Below are positions 62,232 to 64,000 of a stretch of DNA of 64,000 nt, one piece after another. The notes beneath the pieces are model-generated. The model searched no databases and was not told the origin of the DNA. It saw only the letters and a list, made by a program, of their open reading frames with translations. The number at the start of each line of letters is the position of its first letter. Within the stretch, counting starts at the first letter, position 1. The DNA is taken from positions 207,953 to 271,952 of the forward strand of contig CAVSFP010000008.1 in the NCBI GenBank assembly GCA_963727185.1. Direction: 5' to 3'. Source of the stretch: an uncultured Actinomycetes bacterium (GTDB lineage: Bacteria; Actinomycetota; UBA4738; HRBIN12). The translations under genes and the position numbers were made by a program.

Positions 62232-62933
62232 ATGCTGAGGAAGATCGAGAGCGACACTTTGGGAACGAGCGATCTGGGCTGGCTGCGCAGCCGCTTCCAC
62301 TTCTCGTTCGCCGGCTACTACGACCCCGACAACATCAACTTCGGAGCCCTGCGGGTGGTCAACGACGACCTCGTCGACCCCGGCCACGGGTTCGACACGC
62401 ATCCGCACAGGGACATGGAGATCGTGTCATACGTCGTGGACGGCGAGCTCACGCACGCGGACAGCATGGGCAACGCGCACACGCTCGCCCGCGGCGATGT
62501 CCAGTACATGAGCGCCGGCACCGGCGTGCTCCACAGCGAGCACAACAGAGGCACAGAGGTCCTCCGGTTCCTGCAGATCTGGATCTTCCCGGACGCAGCC
62601 GGACGCACCCCTGACTACGGTGACCGCCGGTTCCCCTGGGACGCGAGGAAGAACCGCTGGCTGTTGATGGCTTCGGGGCCGGGCGGCGACGCGCCGATCA
62701 CGATCCATCAGGACGCCAGTCTGAGCGCGGTCGAGCTCGACGAGGGCCGGGAGATCGGCTTCGCCGTGAGTCCCGGCCGGCAGGCGTACCTCGTGCAGAT
62801 CGAAGGCCGTTCGTCGATCAACGGGACCGATCTGCACGAACGGGACGCGCTGGAGATCGTCGGCGAGGATGTCACCATCCGCGCGCAGGAGACCTCTCAC
62901 ATCCTGGTGGTCGAGATGGCGGAGCGGGACTGA
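62232..62933 (+). CDS. Pirin-family protein
   Basis: 233-aa ORF with pirin N-terminal cupin motifs GFDTHPHRDMEIVSYVV and MSAGTGVLHSEHN. Confidence 0.9.
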   Translation: MLRKIESDTLGTSDLGWLRSRFHFSFAGYYDPDNINFGALRVVNDDLVDPGHGFDTHPHRDMEIVSYVVDGELTHADSMGNAHTLARGDVQYMSAGTGVLHSEHNRGTEVLRFLQIWIFPDAAGRTPDYGDRRFPWDARKNRWLLMASGPGGDAPITIHQDASLSAVELDEGREIGFAVSPGRQAYLVQIEGRSSINGTDLHERDALEIVGEDVTIRAQETSHILVVEMAERD

Positions 62934-63065
62934 GCCGAGCGCCGGTTGAGGGTCAGGCCTCCCGGGTACGTAGTCGTGCGGAGACGAGCCGGTCAGACGG
63001 GCCGTCGCGCGCAGGGCTCGTGATGCGCGGCGACTCCGAGTGAGCGCCAGAACAGGGAGGACGTC

Positions 63066-63650
63066 GTGATCGTGAGAACGCGCAGAAGTCGTCTACTGGG
63101 AGCGCTGGCGGCGGTCACGCTCAGCGCTGCCTTGGCGCTCGTCATCGCCGGATGCGGCAGCAGCACCGCCTCGCCGACGCCGTCCGCGTCGCCGTCGCAG
63201 TCCAGCATCGCGGCCCGCGTCCTCGCCCTCAAGGACTATCTCGGGCAGGTCAAACCGATCACCGATCAGCTTGCGAGCACGGTGGCCTCCCTGCCCGGCG
63301 CGCTCCAGGGCATGGGCGCCAAGCCGGGCGCCGGCTGGACCGCCGCGGCCAGCAAGCTCGACGCGACGGCGGCGCAGCTCGGCGCCGAGGCCGCCAGCCT
63401 CTCGGCGCTCACGCCGCCGGCGGCCCTGCAGTCCACGCAGGATGCCGCGGTCAAGGCCATCCAGGCGGTCCAGTCCGGCGTCTCCAAGACCGCCGGCCTG
63501 CTCAACAAGGGGGCCAAGGCGACTACGACCCTGTCGTCTGTTCAGACGCAGCTCTCCGCCGCGCAAGCCCAGCTCTCCGCGGCGGGCCAGAAGCTTCTCG
63601 GCAACATCGAGGGACTGATCACCTCGCCCGACTCCACGCCGGCGCCGTAG
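63066..63650 (+). CDS. Ala/Ser/Gln-rich helical lipoprotein
   Basis: 194-aa ORF with a GTG start behind GGGAGG, signal peptide and lipobox LVIAGC, and a low-complexity helical body. Confidence 0.65.
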   Translation: MIVRTRRSRLLGALAAVTLSAALALVIAGCGSSTASPTPSASPSQSSIAARVLALKDYLGQVKPITDQLASTVASLPGALQGMGAKPGAGWTAAASKLDATAAQLGAEAASLSALTPPAALQSTQDAAVKAIQAVQSGVSKTAGLLNKGAKATTTLSSVQTQLSAAQAQLSAAGQKLLGNIEGLITSPDSTPAP

Positions 63651-63757
63651 GCCCCCGGGCGAGGACCAGACCCGCCCTGCAGGCACGCGACGCGGCCGGA
63701 TGCCTTGACAGGCTGAGGGTCGCAGGCCGGGCTCCGGTCGGCTGACCGGGCGTCCGG

Positions 63758-64000
63758 CTACAGCAGCCCGTCCACCTCGTCCGCCGTCAGGACGAGCACG
63801 CCGCGGGCCCAGGGGAAGCTTTCGCGCGTCGCATCCGCGCGGTCGCCTGTCGTCTGGATCTCGCCGGTCCCGCGGACCAGACATCCCTTGCCCGGTCCGT
63901 TGGCGCCGGCGACGGCGCGCGTGCCCCACATCAGCTCGACCCGATCGTCGCTCGCGAGGTTCTTCTCCAGGCGCCCCATGCCGCCCACCGGCACGAGAAA
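63758..64000 (-). CDS. C-terminal part of a PPOX/FMN-binding split-barrel-like protein (gene continues past the right edge)
   Basis: The open frame runs to the window end. The tail ...GCLVRGTGEIQTTGDRADATRESFPWARGVLVLTADEVDGLL resembles pyridoxamine-phosphate-oxidase-family C-termini. Tentative. Confidence 0.4.
   Translation of the reverse strand, partial: FLVPVGGMGRLEKNLASDDRVELMWGTRAVAGANGPGKGCLVRGTGEIQTTGDRADATRESFPWARGVLVLTADEVDGLL

Overview
This is a 64-kb, very GC-rich (about 70% by eye) chromosomal segment. It looks like a monoderm Actinomycetota-type genome: an MMPL transporter, an LpqF-like lipoprotein, Pro/Thr-rich linkers, frequent GTG/TTG starts and ATGA/GTGA-coupled genes. I can support about 60 protein-coding loci. 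I found no rRNA, tRNA, CRISPR array, transposase, integrase or recognisable phage or defence gene.

Blocks from left to right:
1. 0-10.3 kb: carbohydrate cluster. It holds a DeoR regulator fragment, a CUT1-type ABC importer, a SIS-domain protein, an amidohydrolase, a stand-alone GatZ/KbaZ homolog, a PfkB kinase and a GH4 glycosidase.
2. 10.5-13 kb: small His-rich protein, DUF389 membrane protein and EamA exporter.
3. 13-26 kb: a roughly 1,680-aa multi-PAS hybrid histidine kinase (REC-REC-HPt) coupled to a REC-GGDEF regulator. These are followed by two paralogous CusA/CzcA-like RND pumps separated by a 150-aa lipoprotein.
4. 26-39 kb: mixed metabolic genes. These are RidA, an FAD/BBE oxidase, an APC permease, an acetamidase, an LpqF-like serine hydrolase, a flavodoxin/Isf pair, VOC proteins, an amidase and an ArsC/LMW-PTP-like protein.
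5. 39.8-43.7 kb: a rubredoxin missed by the ORF track, an MMPL transporter and a PLD-family protein.
6. 44-46 kb: a secreted protein made of two tandem beta-helix modules.
7. 46.3-50.7 kb: a SpoIIE phosphatase, then a ferredoxin-FAD oxidoreductase, a His-rich membrane domain and a multihaem cytochrome c.
8. 51-64 kb: SnoaL-like protein, alternative-oxidase-like di-iron protein, MFS, CrtC/AttH-like protein, VOC, cupin, B12-radical SAM, ArsR plus a small membrane protein, MBL hydrolase, C69 peptidase, pirin and a lipoprotein.

The dominant oddity is reading-frame breaks. By manual stitching I estimate several dozen. They are packed into discrete 1-3 kb blocks and hit about 14 genes, while neighbouring multi-kb stretches are perfectly open. 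The sites I could resolve are 1-nt changes in short G/C runs. I favour consensus/assembly error over true decay, but this needs read-level evidence.

The most system-like and least explained candidate is the oxidoreductase, membrane domain and multihaem cytochrome module at 47.8-50.7 kb. I do not see a clear-cut new defence-type system. All functional calls are motif- and family-level inferences made by eye, without database searches.
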